A DNA stretch of 61,534 bases, the filler included, from Squatina squatina (Eukaryota), in NCBI GenBank assembly GCA_031763465.1. It is 3 parts of 3 records of this genome, joined end to end, with 100 filler letters (N's around TTAATTAATTAA, not from the genome) between each part and the next. Parts side by side here need not be neighbours in the genome. Positions count along the whole stretch, not along the records: positions 48,451 to 61,534 come from JARFOE010000073.1; 2 more parts are not named here. One strand, written 5' to 3'. The position numbers were made by a program, and so were the translations under genes. The notes under the pieces are model-generated. The model was not told the DNA's origin and ran no database searches. It worked only from the letters and a program-made list of their open reading frames with translations. Positions 50,419 to 61,534 of this stretch are shown one piece after another; position 1 is the stretch's first letter, and every line of letters starts with the position of its first letter.

Positions 50419-50584
50419 CTGCAGGTTTCGTAACCTGCTGCCTGGGCCCTCTTCAACTGTCCCAGTGTTGCTAGGGTGGTCCCAAGGGACTGGCACAGAT
50501 CTGCTGCAGCCTGGAATTCCAGTTGATAGCGCCCACCTGACTCCTTGTGAAAGACTCCATGGTGCTCGCACTCTGTCTTCACAT
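50419..50584 (-). CDS. CD44: CD44 link-module exon (D)VKTECEHHGVFHKESGGRYQLEFQAAADLCQSLGTTLATLGQLKRAQAAGYETCR
   Basis: CCCAG/GTGAG, 166 bp, phase 1/2 like CD44 exon 2; GVFH...GRY...AADLC...ETCR; lies between SLC1A2 and PDHX. Confidence 0.85.
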
Positions 50585-51329
50585 CTGGGAACACAAAATG
50601 GAACCCCCACAATCTTACTGCTTCTGATCACTCTCATTTCACATCTACACCTGCTCTTAATACCGGCAACTGAGCCATACAGGTGTGTAGGGACTTGATA
50701 CTCAGGCTCTCGGTGCTGTGCCTTCAGGCTCTGCTCTTGCTGATCGCTGAGTCAAATACACATTGTTTAATGTATTACAGCACTGTTATTGTATACTGGT
50801 GCGTACCCAGCAATAGTGCTCATGGATAAAAGGAAATTGTCTCTCCCTTCCTATAACCAATTTGTTGCCTCTTTCCCTCCCTTTGATTCTGTGCCCTTCT
50901 CTTTTGTTTATTTTGACTTCCACTTTTCCACACTGTATGGCTTCTAAACACTTTCCTTATTGCAGTTTCTGTATTCCTCTGCATCCAACTCTTTTTCTCA
51001 TTCGTTCTGTCTCTCCCTTTTGTATGATTCCAAAATTCTGCACCTTGTACATACTCCCTCACCATGTAACTCTGGGTACACTATCCCTCTCCAGGTACAC
51101 TCTCCATCTCCGGTTATACTCTCCCTCTCCATGTACACTCCCCCTCTGCATGTATATTNNNNNNNNNNNNNNNNNNNNNNNNNNNNNNNNNNNNNNNNNN
51201 NNNNNNNNNNNNNNNNNNNNNNNNNNNNNNNNNNNNNNNNNNNNNNNNNNNNNNNNNNATTGTTTTGTAGAAAGGACAGACTATGTACATCCTTTTATAC
51301 AATTACGTAGGTTTTATTTCTGATATTTC

Positions 51330-52530
51330 TTCTCTACTTTCCTCCCTGTGCCTCTCCACCGAACGAGTTCTCATCCTCAGTGATTTCAACCTCCACCTCA
51401 ATTCATGATGCTTTCTCTCCTCTGAGTTCACAATCCTCCCGTAAGCTCTCCCTCCATGTAAACTTCCCAACCCATATTCACGGTCGCCCCCTTGACCTTA
51501 TCATCTCTCGTGGCCTCACTAATCCCATTGAGTCAATCGCAGATAAGGCCATCTCTGACCACTTCCTCATATCACTCTCCGCCCCTGGAAAAAACTCTCT
51601 CCCGACTCTATTACAACTGCACTTATGAACTCCCAACTGTCCAGCCTTTGACCATCCATTCACCAAGACATTTCTGCAGCTACTGATCTGCTTAATCACA
51701 CCCTCACCACGACCTTTGATGCCCTAGTCCCTGTTACAACAATTACCCTCTCTCACTCTGGCTGTTCCCCCTGGTACAACCCTGATCTTTGGTTACTTAA
51801 ATCTAAGGGACGCAGACTTGAATGGATATGGCGGACAACTGGTCAGTCAGATCTGGCTGGACCACATAAAGCATTATCGGATCCTGCTCTCATCTGCCAA
51901 AATTGCTCGTTATTCCAGAATCATTCTTGAATGTAAAGATAAACCCTGGCTTCTATTCTCTACTGCTAACCGTCTTTTTAAACCCCTCTCCCCAGTCTCC
52001 ACCCTCATCACCAACAATAAGTGTAAGGAGCTCATGGACTTCTTTGTCTCGACAAGTGAGACCATTTTTTTGGCCGCCTCTGTGTCTCCCCTTCCTTCCC
52101 CTAGCCCACCAGGCCAAACTTCCTCTAAGGATCCCCCTCCCTGCCCTAGCTCTGATCTCACATCTTTCTCCAGATCCTCTCCAATCTACCCTCATGAACT
52201 TTCTGAGCTCATCCTGTCCATGAGACCCGCTTTCTGCTCCCTTGACCCTATTCCCACCAAACTGCTGACCACCCAACTTCCTTCTCTGGCTCCCATGTTA
52301 GCTGACATTGTTAACGGTTCTCTCTCCTCAGGTTCTGTCCCCCTCTCCTTCAAATCTACTGTCATCACTGCTTTCTTCAAAAAAACAAACCTCGACCCCT
52401 CCGTCCTTGTAAAGTACCGCCCCTCTCCAACATCCCTTTCCTTTCCAAAGTCCTTGAACGGGTTGTTGCCTCCCAAATCCGTGCCCATCTTTCCCACAAC
52501 TCCATGTTTGAATCCCTCCAATCAGGTTTC
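51330..52530 (+). mobile_element. L2-clade LINE ORF2 fragment (endonuclease end to RT start)
   Basis: PTHIHGRPLDL, ISDHFLI, CSLDPIPTKLL, LDPSVLVKYRP motifs. Confidence 0.88.
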
Positions 52531-52630
52531 NNNNNNNNNNNNNNNNNNNNNNNNNNNNNNNNNNNNNNNNNNNNNNNNNNNNNNNNNNNNNNNNNNNNNN
52601 NNNNNNNNNNNNNNNNNNNNNNNNNNNNNN

Positions 52631-52970
52631 AAGAGGCCTGATTCAGAGGAACAGAGAGTTTGGGGAGAGGAATTGTAGGGCTGGAGGAGGTTACAAGGAA
52701 CGGGCCATGAAGGTATTCAAACTCAAGGATGAGAATCTTACATTAGAGATACCGGGGGAACATGGAGCCAATGTCGGTCAGTGAGAACTGCGGTGATGTT
52801 GGGGATAGGGGATTAGAACTTAGAGTTGAATAGGATGACGAGGTTGCCAACAGCCTGAGACAGCGGCCGGGGAAGGAGATGGAGTTGCTTGCAAGGGTAC
52901 GGATATTGTGCCGAGGACCGAAAATGATGGCTCTGGTCTTGCCAATGTTTAGTTTCAAGTAATCCTGCAT
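52631..52970 (-). mobile_element. L2 LINE RT 3' fragment
   Basis: MQDYLKLNIGKT.AIIFG motif. Confidence 0.7.
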
Positions 52971-54339
52971 TGAAGAGAGAAATCATACCCAGCTGAATAA
53001 TATATAATTCCTGGCCATTTTCTAATGTTGAAGCAGCAATGGGAAGCAGCTCTGCTAAGCTGCTTGGTTTTAGTTAGTTAATGTCCAGCAGTAACCCTGT
53101 GTACACATGGAGCTCTGTCAACCTGTGCCTAAGCATCTGGACCTGGGTTAATCTGATGTGTTCCTCTGGAAGTTGTGTATATCCACGTGGGCCAAACAGA
53201 AACCCTAACTGAGTAGCTTGAACTGGAGACTCTTAAACATGCTGATGGGCTTCTCCATGTGTCACACACCTGACTGACTAAAGGCAAATGGTAGCTCACC
53301 AGCGGTGCAAACTGAATGCCATTGGAGGGCCTTACTAACCCAGGATACACCATCTAGTTATCTACATACAGAAGACCTAGAAACAAAATCTCAGCCCAAC
53401 CCTAGCCTTGGGCTGATACCTAGCTTTATATTGAACTATGACAGGAAATGAAAGTTCCATCATCCACCTCTCTAATTCTAGTCAGGACAGAGTGGAATGG
53501 TGTGTTGAACTGCTTTTTCATTTCCCCATGCTGACCTGAGGAGCCGACAGCCATTCCATCTCTCTCGAAACATTTCCTGTCTTGAAGACTGTTCTCGTAT
53601 CTTTGGTATCGTGGCTTGAACATAAGCCAGATTCGATGAAAGTCTGCTTCTGATGAGCGTTAAGTTAAATGGGTTTGTGCAGTAGATTCACTTTCCAGTT
53701 GTCAGGGGTTCAGGGCACATAAAGCACTGGCCTTTAGAACTGGTACAAAGGTAATAGTTTACATTGCAAGGTTTGATTTCAGCAGTTTTGACTATAGCCA
53801 GATCGGCTGGGAGAAATGAATAGTGTTTGTTTAATAAGGAAATCCTGGAAGTGGTGTTTGTTTTTTGTAGTAGCCCTGTATAATATTTACAGTGATTTCC
53901 ACAAAGTCAGATTTGTGCTTTATCACACTGCTGAGAAGCAGCACTTTGTTACTGAAAGTAGAGGATATACAAGACTGAATAGTTTCCAGTCAATAAACAA
54001 ATGGCTGCTTAGTGCTTCCTTTCTGTCAGATAAATGNNNNNNNNNNNNNNNNNNNNNNNNNNNNNNNNNNNNNNNNNNNNNNNNNNNNNNNNNNNNNNNN
54101 NNNNNNNNNNNNNNNNNNNNNNNNNNNNNNNNNNNNCTGTGCTGCTTTGACAGTTTCATATTCTGCGTCCTATTCATTTCCTTGTCACGATGCATGTACT
54201 GGATCTCTGTACTGCACCAGGATGGTCTCTGAGTTCACCACTTCTTTCTTGAACAGTGGCCTAATCTGTCATCTGCTTGTCTGAGCTTGTTCTCACCCTG
54301 ACTGCTTCTCTTTTAACTCCATTCACTTCCTTCAGATAA

Positions 54340-55330
54340 AGTGTGTTGCTATGGAAATCTGTATAAGCTCCAATTATGCCTGTCTTTTGGTAGGATATAT
54401 GGAACTTTCTTTGCTTCAATCCCACTCAGGCTCTCTTCATGACTTCTTCTCCATTACACTGATGGCTGTGTTGATGTTGCTTCCTGCTTGTTTCAATCTG
54501 GAGAATTTCATTGACTATGTTTCCAATTCCTACTTATCATTTTTTGTGGTCCACCTCTCTCTCTTCCCTTCCTGGACTCAACTCATTATTTCTCTGCCAA
54601 TAGGCTTTTCCTGAGACATCTATACAAGCCCACTGACTCCCACAGCTAATACAGAGATGCTGCCTGACCTGCTGAGTATTTCCAGCATTTTGTTTTTATT
54701 TCAGACTCCCATAGCTACTTGGATTCTGTTAATTCCTATCCTGCTTGCTGTAAAGTCCCCATTACTCCATCTCCACTCTCTGCACCGGAGCTTCTGAAAT
54801 GTCCTTCTCCTTTCCTAAGCTAATGTATTCCTTCAGCTGTAGTTGACAGGGCCCTTGATCGTGCCTACCCCCAGTTGCAGCATCTCCACTCACAGACAGG
54901 GTGACCCTGTCCTCAGCACCCCACTACCTTCCACATTATCTACAGCCATTTCAGCCACTTAAAACATGATCTCACCAACAAGCACATCTTCCACCTTCCC
55001 CTTTGCTTTCCAGGGGACCGTTCCCTCTGGGATGCTTTTGTTCATTCTTCCTTCACCCCATCTTCTGACTGCCCTTCCTCTGACACTCTCCCAGCAGTGA
55101 CATGTACTTATTCATCTCTTCCCATTCCATTAAGAGACAACAGACTATGCATACTGTATTTGCTGTTCTTGGAGCAGTTACCAGTACAATGGGGAGTCCA
55201 ATGGTAGATTGAACCATTTTGCTGAGTATCTCCTTTTTGTCCGTACGTGTGATGCCGAGCTCACTGCGGCCAGCCTTTAGGCTGAATGGTAACTGTCGTG
55301 ACGTCAGACTTTAGCTGGAGCCTCCTTTTC
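54340..55330 (+). mobile_element. Degraded Penelope-like element
   Basis: NYACLLVGY RT motif, YKPTDSHS segment and an embedded terminal-repeat piece at ~54655-54705. Confidence 0.65.
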
Positions 55331-56099
55331 TTGCCCTTTTTTCTCATCCACCTGCCATTTCATCCACTTCATTTTGGAGTTTTCTCTGGGCCACATATCT
55401 TTTCTGTACCGTTTCACTGCCGTACTTCGCTATTTTGTTCTTTCAATGCTTTTTCACTGCCTCACAGAGGTAACTGTGGTTTATCATTCACCAATTTCAC
55501 CTTTAACTAGCCCTTCAAAAAACCTGTTGCTGGGCATCCATCAGCTCTACTTTAACCTGTGGTTCTGCTCCTAGCCTTCCGTGTCGAAGCAGCTTTTGGA
55601 AGCTCAATGTACAAGGTGAAGCACTTTCATAAAGACCTTGTTGCCTGGGCTTAGGAGGGCCGTGGCTGATTGCCAGCCTATAATACACTGCAACCACACA
55701 CATTTTAAATAGTTGGTACACCTCAAGTGTTCTTTTATCATGCCATCAGTGTATCCTTCAAAGAGTAGAGCCTCTTTTATTCCTTGACAGAGGGAAGGTG
55801 CTTTCCTATCTCTCAAATGCTGCCTGGGAATTGTGTTCCCTTTTCTGCTACCCATTGCTGCTGAATGTTACACACTGCCTCCATCAGGTATTTTCTTCTC
55901 CGAATGTTTGAAAAATAAATACTTGAATGGTATTTCCGACTGAGCAATCGCAAATGAGCCTGCCACAGTCTGCCAGTGAAATGATTCACACACTGGGCTN
56001 NNNNNNNNNNNNNNNNNNNNNNNNNNNNNNNNNNNNNNNNNNNNNNNNNNNNNNNNNNNNNNNNNNNNNNNNNNNNNNNNNNNNNNNNNNNNNNNNNNN

Positions 56100-56438
56100 C
56101 AGGAAGAATGTTCCCCATGTTGGGGAAGTCAAGTAGCAGGGGTCACAGTTTAAGGATCAGGGGTAAGCCATTTAGGACCGAGATGAGGAAAATCTTTTTC
56201 ACCCAGAGAGTGGTGAACCTGTGGAATTCTGTGCCACAGGAAGCTGTTGAGGCCAGTTCATTAGCTATATTCAAAAGGGAGTTAGATGTGGCCCTTACAG
56301 CATGGGGGATCAGGGGGTATGGAGAGAAAGCAGGTAGGGAGTACTGAGTTGCATGATCATCCATTATCATATTGAATGGCGGTGCAGGCTTGAAGGGCTG
56401 AATGGCCTACTTCTGCACCTATTTTCTATGTTTCTATG
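56100..56438 (+). mobile_element. CR1 LINE 3' end
   Basis: SRGHSLRIRG..FFTQRVVNLWNS; TTTCTATG tail repeats. Confidence 0.88.
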
Positions 56439-57510
56439 AGCCAGATACTGCCGTCAAAATAATGGCGAGACTAATGATGCTCGCCGTTATTTATGTTGAA
56501 ATGGTACAGCAACTTCAGGTGAGGTGCAGATGCGCAGTTAAATGCGAATATACAAAAGTTGCTGTCCAAATTGCTCCGGTCCACCATTAGTTTAGAGTGG
56601 CGTTTTGCTTCCTGCTTCACCACTGACATGCATTGAACAGTGTTAAGTTGCTGTATTTCCACAGTAGATACGAACTTAGAGTAAGTAATTACAAACCTAA
56701 GTACCCTTTTAAAGACGTGATGTATTATTTAATTTTTCTTACTTTTCCTTTCGGTGTCTTTTAATCTAATCTTTCCCTCTCTATTTCTCTTTCTGTACCT
56801 GTTATAACATTGAATTCACTCCCTTTCTCCGTGTTTCTGTGGTTTATGACCAAGTCCTTCAAGCTCATTGGGTAAGGAGATATCCTGTTGGTTTCCCACT
56901 CAAGTCCCAGATGCCCTGTTTCCCTCGCTGCGTCGTTATCAGCTCGCACTTTCAGCAACTTAGTCGGAAAATTGTTTTGAGTTGATGGGTGCAGAGGCAA
57001 GTCTAACTAATGGCAGGCGCTGTTAACTGCCCTGCCACATTGGATTAGAGAGAGAGAAAAAAAAAGACAGAAGAAATGCAAGAAAAAAACCTGGCCCCTT
57101 ATAATCAATGGTACTGTCAACAAGGCAATGCTACTACAGAACAGACTATATTACTCTGCATGTTTGTGATGATAAAGCTGAGAAAATGTCCATTATTTGG
57201 CTCATGGTAATACTCCTTTAATTTAGTGTCTCAAATGAAAAACAGAAAATGCTGGAGATGCACAATATTCAGTGTTTGAAAGTGAAAGACTGGTACTGAT
57301 GGCGTGTCCCACCCAAAATGTTAACCTAATTTCCCCTTTCACACATTTCCTGATCTGAGGTGTTTTCAGTTTTTATTTCACATTTACAGCATTAGTATCA
57401 CATGTTCTCATGTCCTCTGAGGTTTAGAAGTCTGAAGTAGCTGTAGGGGGACATATGAAAAACAAGCCATATCTTTCTAACAGTAATGTCAAATGAATAG
57501 CAAAACCCAC

Positions 57511-57658
57511 CTTTGGCTAGTTGCTTCCTTGTCTTAAAAACTTGTTCAATGTTACAGTCGATGCTGACGTATGAATGGGGGATGGTAGTCTTGGACTCTA
57601 TTAATCTCCGTGCAATGACTTGCCGAATGTTACTAGCTGGGATTTCAGTAAATGTGCC
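57511..57658 (-). CDS. PDHX: Pyruvate dehydrogenase complex component X exon [49 protein letters not shown]
   Basis: TTTCAG/GTGGG, 148 bp; [20 protein letters not shown] matches recalled PDHX. Confidence 0.92.
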
Positions 57659-57699
57659 CTGAAAATAATAGGAAACAATGTAAATTGCCAAATAAAAGA

Positions 57700-57985
57700 A
57701 AAAACTTGCATTTATACAGCAAATTTCACATCAACAGGATGTTCCAAAGTGCTTCACAGCCAATAATTTACTGTTTAAGTGTAGTTCCTGTTGTTAAGTA
57801 GACACAAATAGCAGTCAAATTGCAGACAGCAAGGTCCCACCAATACCAATGAGATGAATGCTTCTGGTGGCATTGACTGAGGATGAATGTTGACCAAGAT
57901 ACCCTAGAATTCCCTGCTCTTCAAAATATGGCCATAGGACCTTTTACATTCATCTAAACAGGTAGGTGGCCCCTCTCATCCATAA
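57700..57985 (-). mobile_element. Deu/SacSINE-like SINE
   Basis: Same family as 27085-27492; tail GCTGTATAAATGCAAG on the minus strand. Confidence 0.65.
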
Positions 57986-60900
57986 GATGCCATTGCCGAT
58001 AATGCAGCTGGATTATGTGTTCNNNNNNNNNNNNNNNNNNNNNNNNNNNNNNNNNNNNNNNNNNNNNNNNNNNNNNNNNNNNNNNNNNNNNNNNNNNNNN
58101 NNNNNNNNNNNNNNNNNNNNNNTTGCACCTCTCTTTTGACCACTACAAATCCTGATACAGGGGCCAAAACTCCACAGGCCGTGCTTCCAGCATAATTGCT
58201 GGATGGTGCTCAGTGGTGCACTCCAGAGGCAGCCCTGTTGGAGTTTGCAGAGTAAGTAGGAGGGAACCTCGTCAGCACGAGGCTGGGATAGTGGCCATGA
58301 CACTCTGCCCCTTATCAGGCTGCATTGGATTGCCCAACTGACGTCAGGTCTCAGAGTAATCAGGACCTGGTCGTTTCCCTAGTCACTGCACCAGAATTAC
58401 CGTGGGAGTACAAAGGAATTGCCTGAGGAAATTCAGGCCCTAAAATCTGTAAATTCAGTTCTGGGATGCTCTGTACATTGAGGATGCATTGTCATCTTGT
58501 GCATAGATGCAAGTCAAACCCAAATATGGCTGCATAGTTCAATTTTGTGCATGGATTCCGAGGAAGAAGCCTAAACATATTACTTAAATATCAGGATTTT
58601 CCAGGCTTTTCTCAGCTCCCGAACAAAGCTACTACTACAGCATCACAAAAAAATTACTGTATTATATATCCACATTTGAAAAGTCTATTACACAATGCCT
58701 GCACCCAAATCATTTTCCAAATGCACTGACTATGAATAAAATCAACATAGTTGCAAAGATTATTTAATTTTGTTCATTTTTTCACTAAGTCAAATTAATT
58801 CCAACTTGACTAAAAAGTATGTACAGTCACGTTTCTCTAAAATTTGACATTTTCCCTAGCTTCTTCGCATTAGGAGGGACCAACGCCTGCATAAAATCAA
58901 CTCTCGATAAAGTGCTATGTTAAAAATTGAAGCATTAAGAGGAATAAGAGATTCAATGATCTCATGTTTGCAGAAATTCAGTATTTCACACTGAAGTCTA
59001 ATTACACATTGATATAGAGAAAATGACATTTTAAGTCCTAATACCAACGCTGACTTAATCGCATCCCCTGTCCTAATTTTCCTTAAACTCTGTACTTTTT
59101 AATGCAATTACTATTAAATAAAAAACTAATAGGGATTTAATCAGTATGGCATTTGATTGGAAAGTGCACAAGTCTCTGCAAGATTACTGCAGGTCACCAA
59201 AGTGATTTATCGTCTCAAATGCTTACAGAGAAGTTTATTAAAATTCAGGATGAATATCTTATCCATTTTATCCCCAACATATCTTGTATGTGTCAGGTTG
59301 CAGCCTATGCTGCCTATAATAAGGGCTATTTCCTGCATTCCCAAGCTGTAGACTTCAGAATATTGGTATATAATAGTGCTGTTTAAGGGCATCTATCTTG
59401 CTATTATGCTTTTGCCTGAACACACTACTCACAGCAGACATATTTTGTTGCAATCAAAATATGCAAATCATACAAGTTACTAACCAGAGCAGTTATAAGA
59501 GCATCAGGATACCTTGGGGCCTAAACTGATGCAAAATGTTAACATTTCTAGTTTTGTTATTTTATCTTGCAACATGGCTGCTTTGATTAATCTTGAGACA
59601 GACAAATAAGCATTCACAAGTTCCTCCCAAGCCAACAAAATGGAAAAGCTAATCCTTAAATAATGGAGAGGACAGCAACTTACATAGTGTTACTTTTAAT
59701 ATTTAGAGTATACTAAATGATAGGTATCTAAATGATTGTATACAGCATCTTAAATCATAAATAACCCATTTGTCAGGTAGTCAGGTATATTAATATCTAA
59801 AGGAATTTTTCAAATATTCTGCTTGGAGCTGAAGACAAATGGAAAGCCTTGCATTTATGTAGTGCCTTAGCATCTCATCAAAACCTTTTAAGCTGCTTCA
59901 CACAATGAATTACTTTTGAACTGCAGTTATTTTGTAAGCAAACATAGCAGCCATTCTGCAACAGCAATGTCCCTGAAATAACAAGGAGACGAATGACCAG
60001 GCGATCTGTTGCTTCGGTGGTAAAGCTTGACCAGGAGGGAGCCCCCTACCCTTCTTTAAATAGAGGCTCCTGGATCCCTAACATTCACTTGAATAGGCAG
60101 ACTCACCCCATCACCACTATCAGCCTAGGTTATACCGTCACTGAAAGTGATCCTTGCAAGATATTCCTGTAGTTTTTCCTGATGTCTGACACAGCAAAGC
60201 AGCATAAGGAAGCAAAGCCAGCCCTCCATAGAATACAATTACCATAATAATCTGAAGCATGCTACTGGATCGGTCCAAGCCACAGCCATTAATTAACATT
60301 AGTGACCAAAAAATAAAAATACATAGAGGCATAAAATCTTGGAAAAGTATGATTTTTTTTTTTAGGAAATCTGTAGCAAGTGTACATGACAACTGTGAAC
60401 AATAATTAGATCAATACAAGACTCAGGGGGTCCAGCACCTGCTTAGGAGATGTCACACACCAGGAGATACCTTCACAAATGTCTACTTATCATCGAGCGA
60501 TAATGGGCTGCTAGTATCATTAGCTACAGCCTGTTCGTTGTTCAAAGCTAGATATGTATACAGACCTGAAAAATAACATAAGATGGCTCAAGTTTTGTTG
60601 CAGGAATTGTCATCTGGCTTATCTCCCCCTCAGTAATTCTTGTGCACTGGTTACCCCAACCATTACGCAGCCAATAACTCGGTTTACGACAATCCTCTCG
60701 TACCAAGTTTTTGAAACTTGGTGTCGGTATCAGGGTCTCCGAGGTCAGGTATGGCACGGTTTAGCTGCCTCTACATTGCCCCAGTGGCAGTGTCAGGTCA
60801 TTGTTTGGCACAAGCTAAGTACAAAGTAAATATCCCAACAATTGTTCATAACCTCAGAAGATAACTCCCTGATGATAGCTCCGTGTCCTGTACCACTCAT

Positions 60901-61534
60901 CCTTGCAGCCTCTCAATGAGATTGACAACTTAGTGTAAATTAGCGCTGACGAGAGTCAGCTATACATGGGTGGATGGTAAATGTACAAGTGCAAGACACT
61001 CAGATGGCCTGCATTTCACATGCAAGTCAAGATAGCAGGTACACATTTTTTTTAAAAATGCACTTACCTGTATTTAAAAAACTATAAAAATTCTGTATTT
61101 TAAACATTTTTAATTTCCAGATAGTTATTCAAAATGAGAGCCAGGCAATTGCAATTTTAGTGATTTGTCTGAAAACATCAAACTGCTGCTTCAACAAAAA
61201 TATTCATGAAAAACAGAAAAATATCTTAATGAGAACTCTTTATAACTATTGGTCTAGAAATTCTGCCTCCCCTTCAACAACACCTGCAGGATTGTGAAAG
61301 CTGTAATTTCAGAATGAATCGGAATTTGCTTCAAGCTCTCACTGACAGCTGAGACATGAATCTAAATTACAAATAAATGCCATGAATATGTTTACCAACT
61401 AGCTAAGATGCATCTAATTCAGACAATGGGGTATTAAAACACACCATCTGTTGCTCACTAGCAAAATAATCCAGCAGTATTGCTTTCAATAACTGGGAGT
61501 ATTTGTTCCAGGGATCAGCTCGGGACTCTGACAG

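Noticed and set aside
51818-52678. 286-aa ORF as a host gene
   Set aside because: L2 LINE ORF2 fragment with frameshifts.
60470-60900. Additional PDHX exon or coding region
   Set aside because: No frame resembles PDHX, and stops interrupt the candidate frames.

Overview
Vertebrate genomic DNA, most likely a cartilaginous fish, judged from a shark-type mix of CR1/L2 LINEs, Penelope-like elements, Deu-type SINEs and Harbinger transposons. The assembly is fragmented, with many fixed 100-N gaps. Two 44N-TTAATTAATTAA-44N artificial linkers (31854-31953, 48351-48450) split the window into three probably unrelated blocks. Block 1 (1-31853) has two SASS6 exons (+), six exons of an MFSD14B-type transporter (-) with a 7-bp frameshift in one exon, six short exons of an unidentified Kelch-repeat/coiled-coil gene (+) that the ORF track misses entirely, and three exons of a divergent spindlin (+). 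Block 2 (31954-48350) is gap-free and mostly transposon-derived. It includes a Penelope-like element with a minimal hammerhead ribozyme motif and a few orphan exon candidates. Block 3 (48451-61534) has single exons of SLC1A2 (+), CD44 (-) and PDHX (-) in the order and relative orientation known from human 11p13. All genes are partial. Comparisons to human proteins are from memory; no database search was run. Transposon boundaries are approximate.
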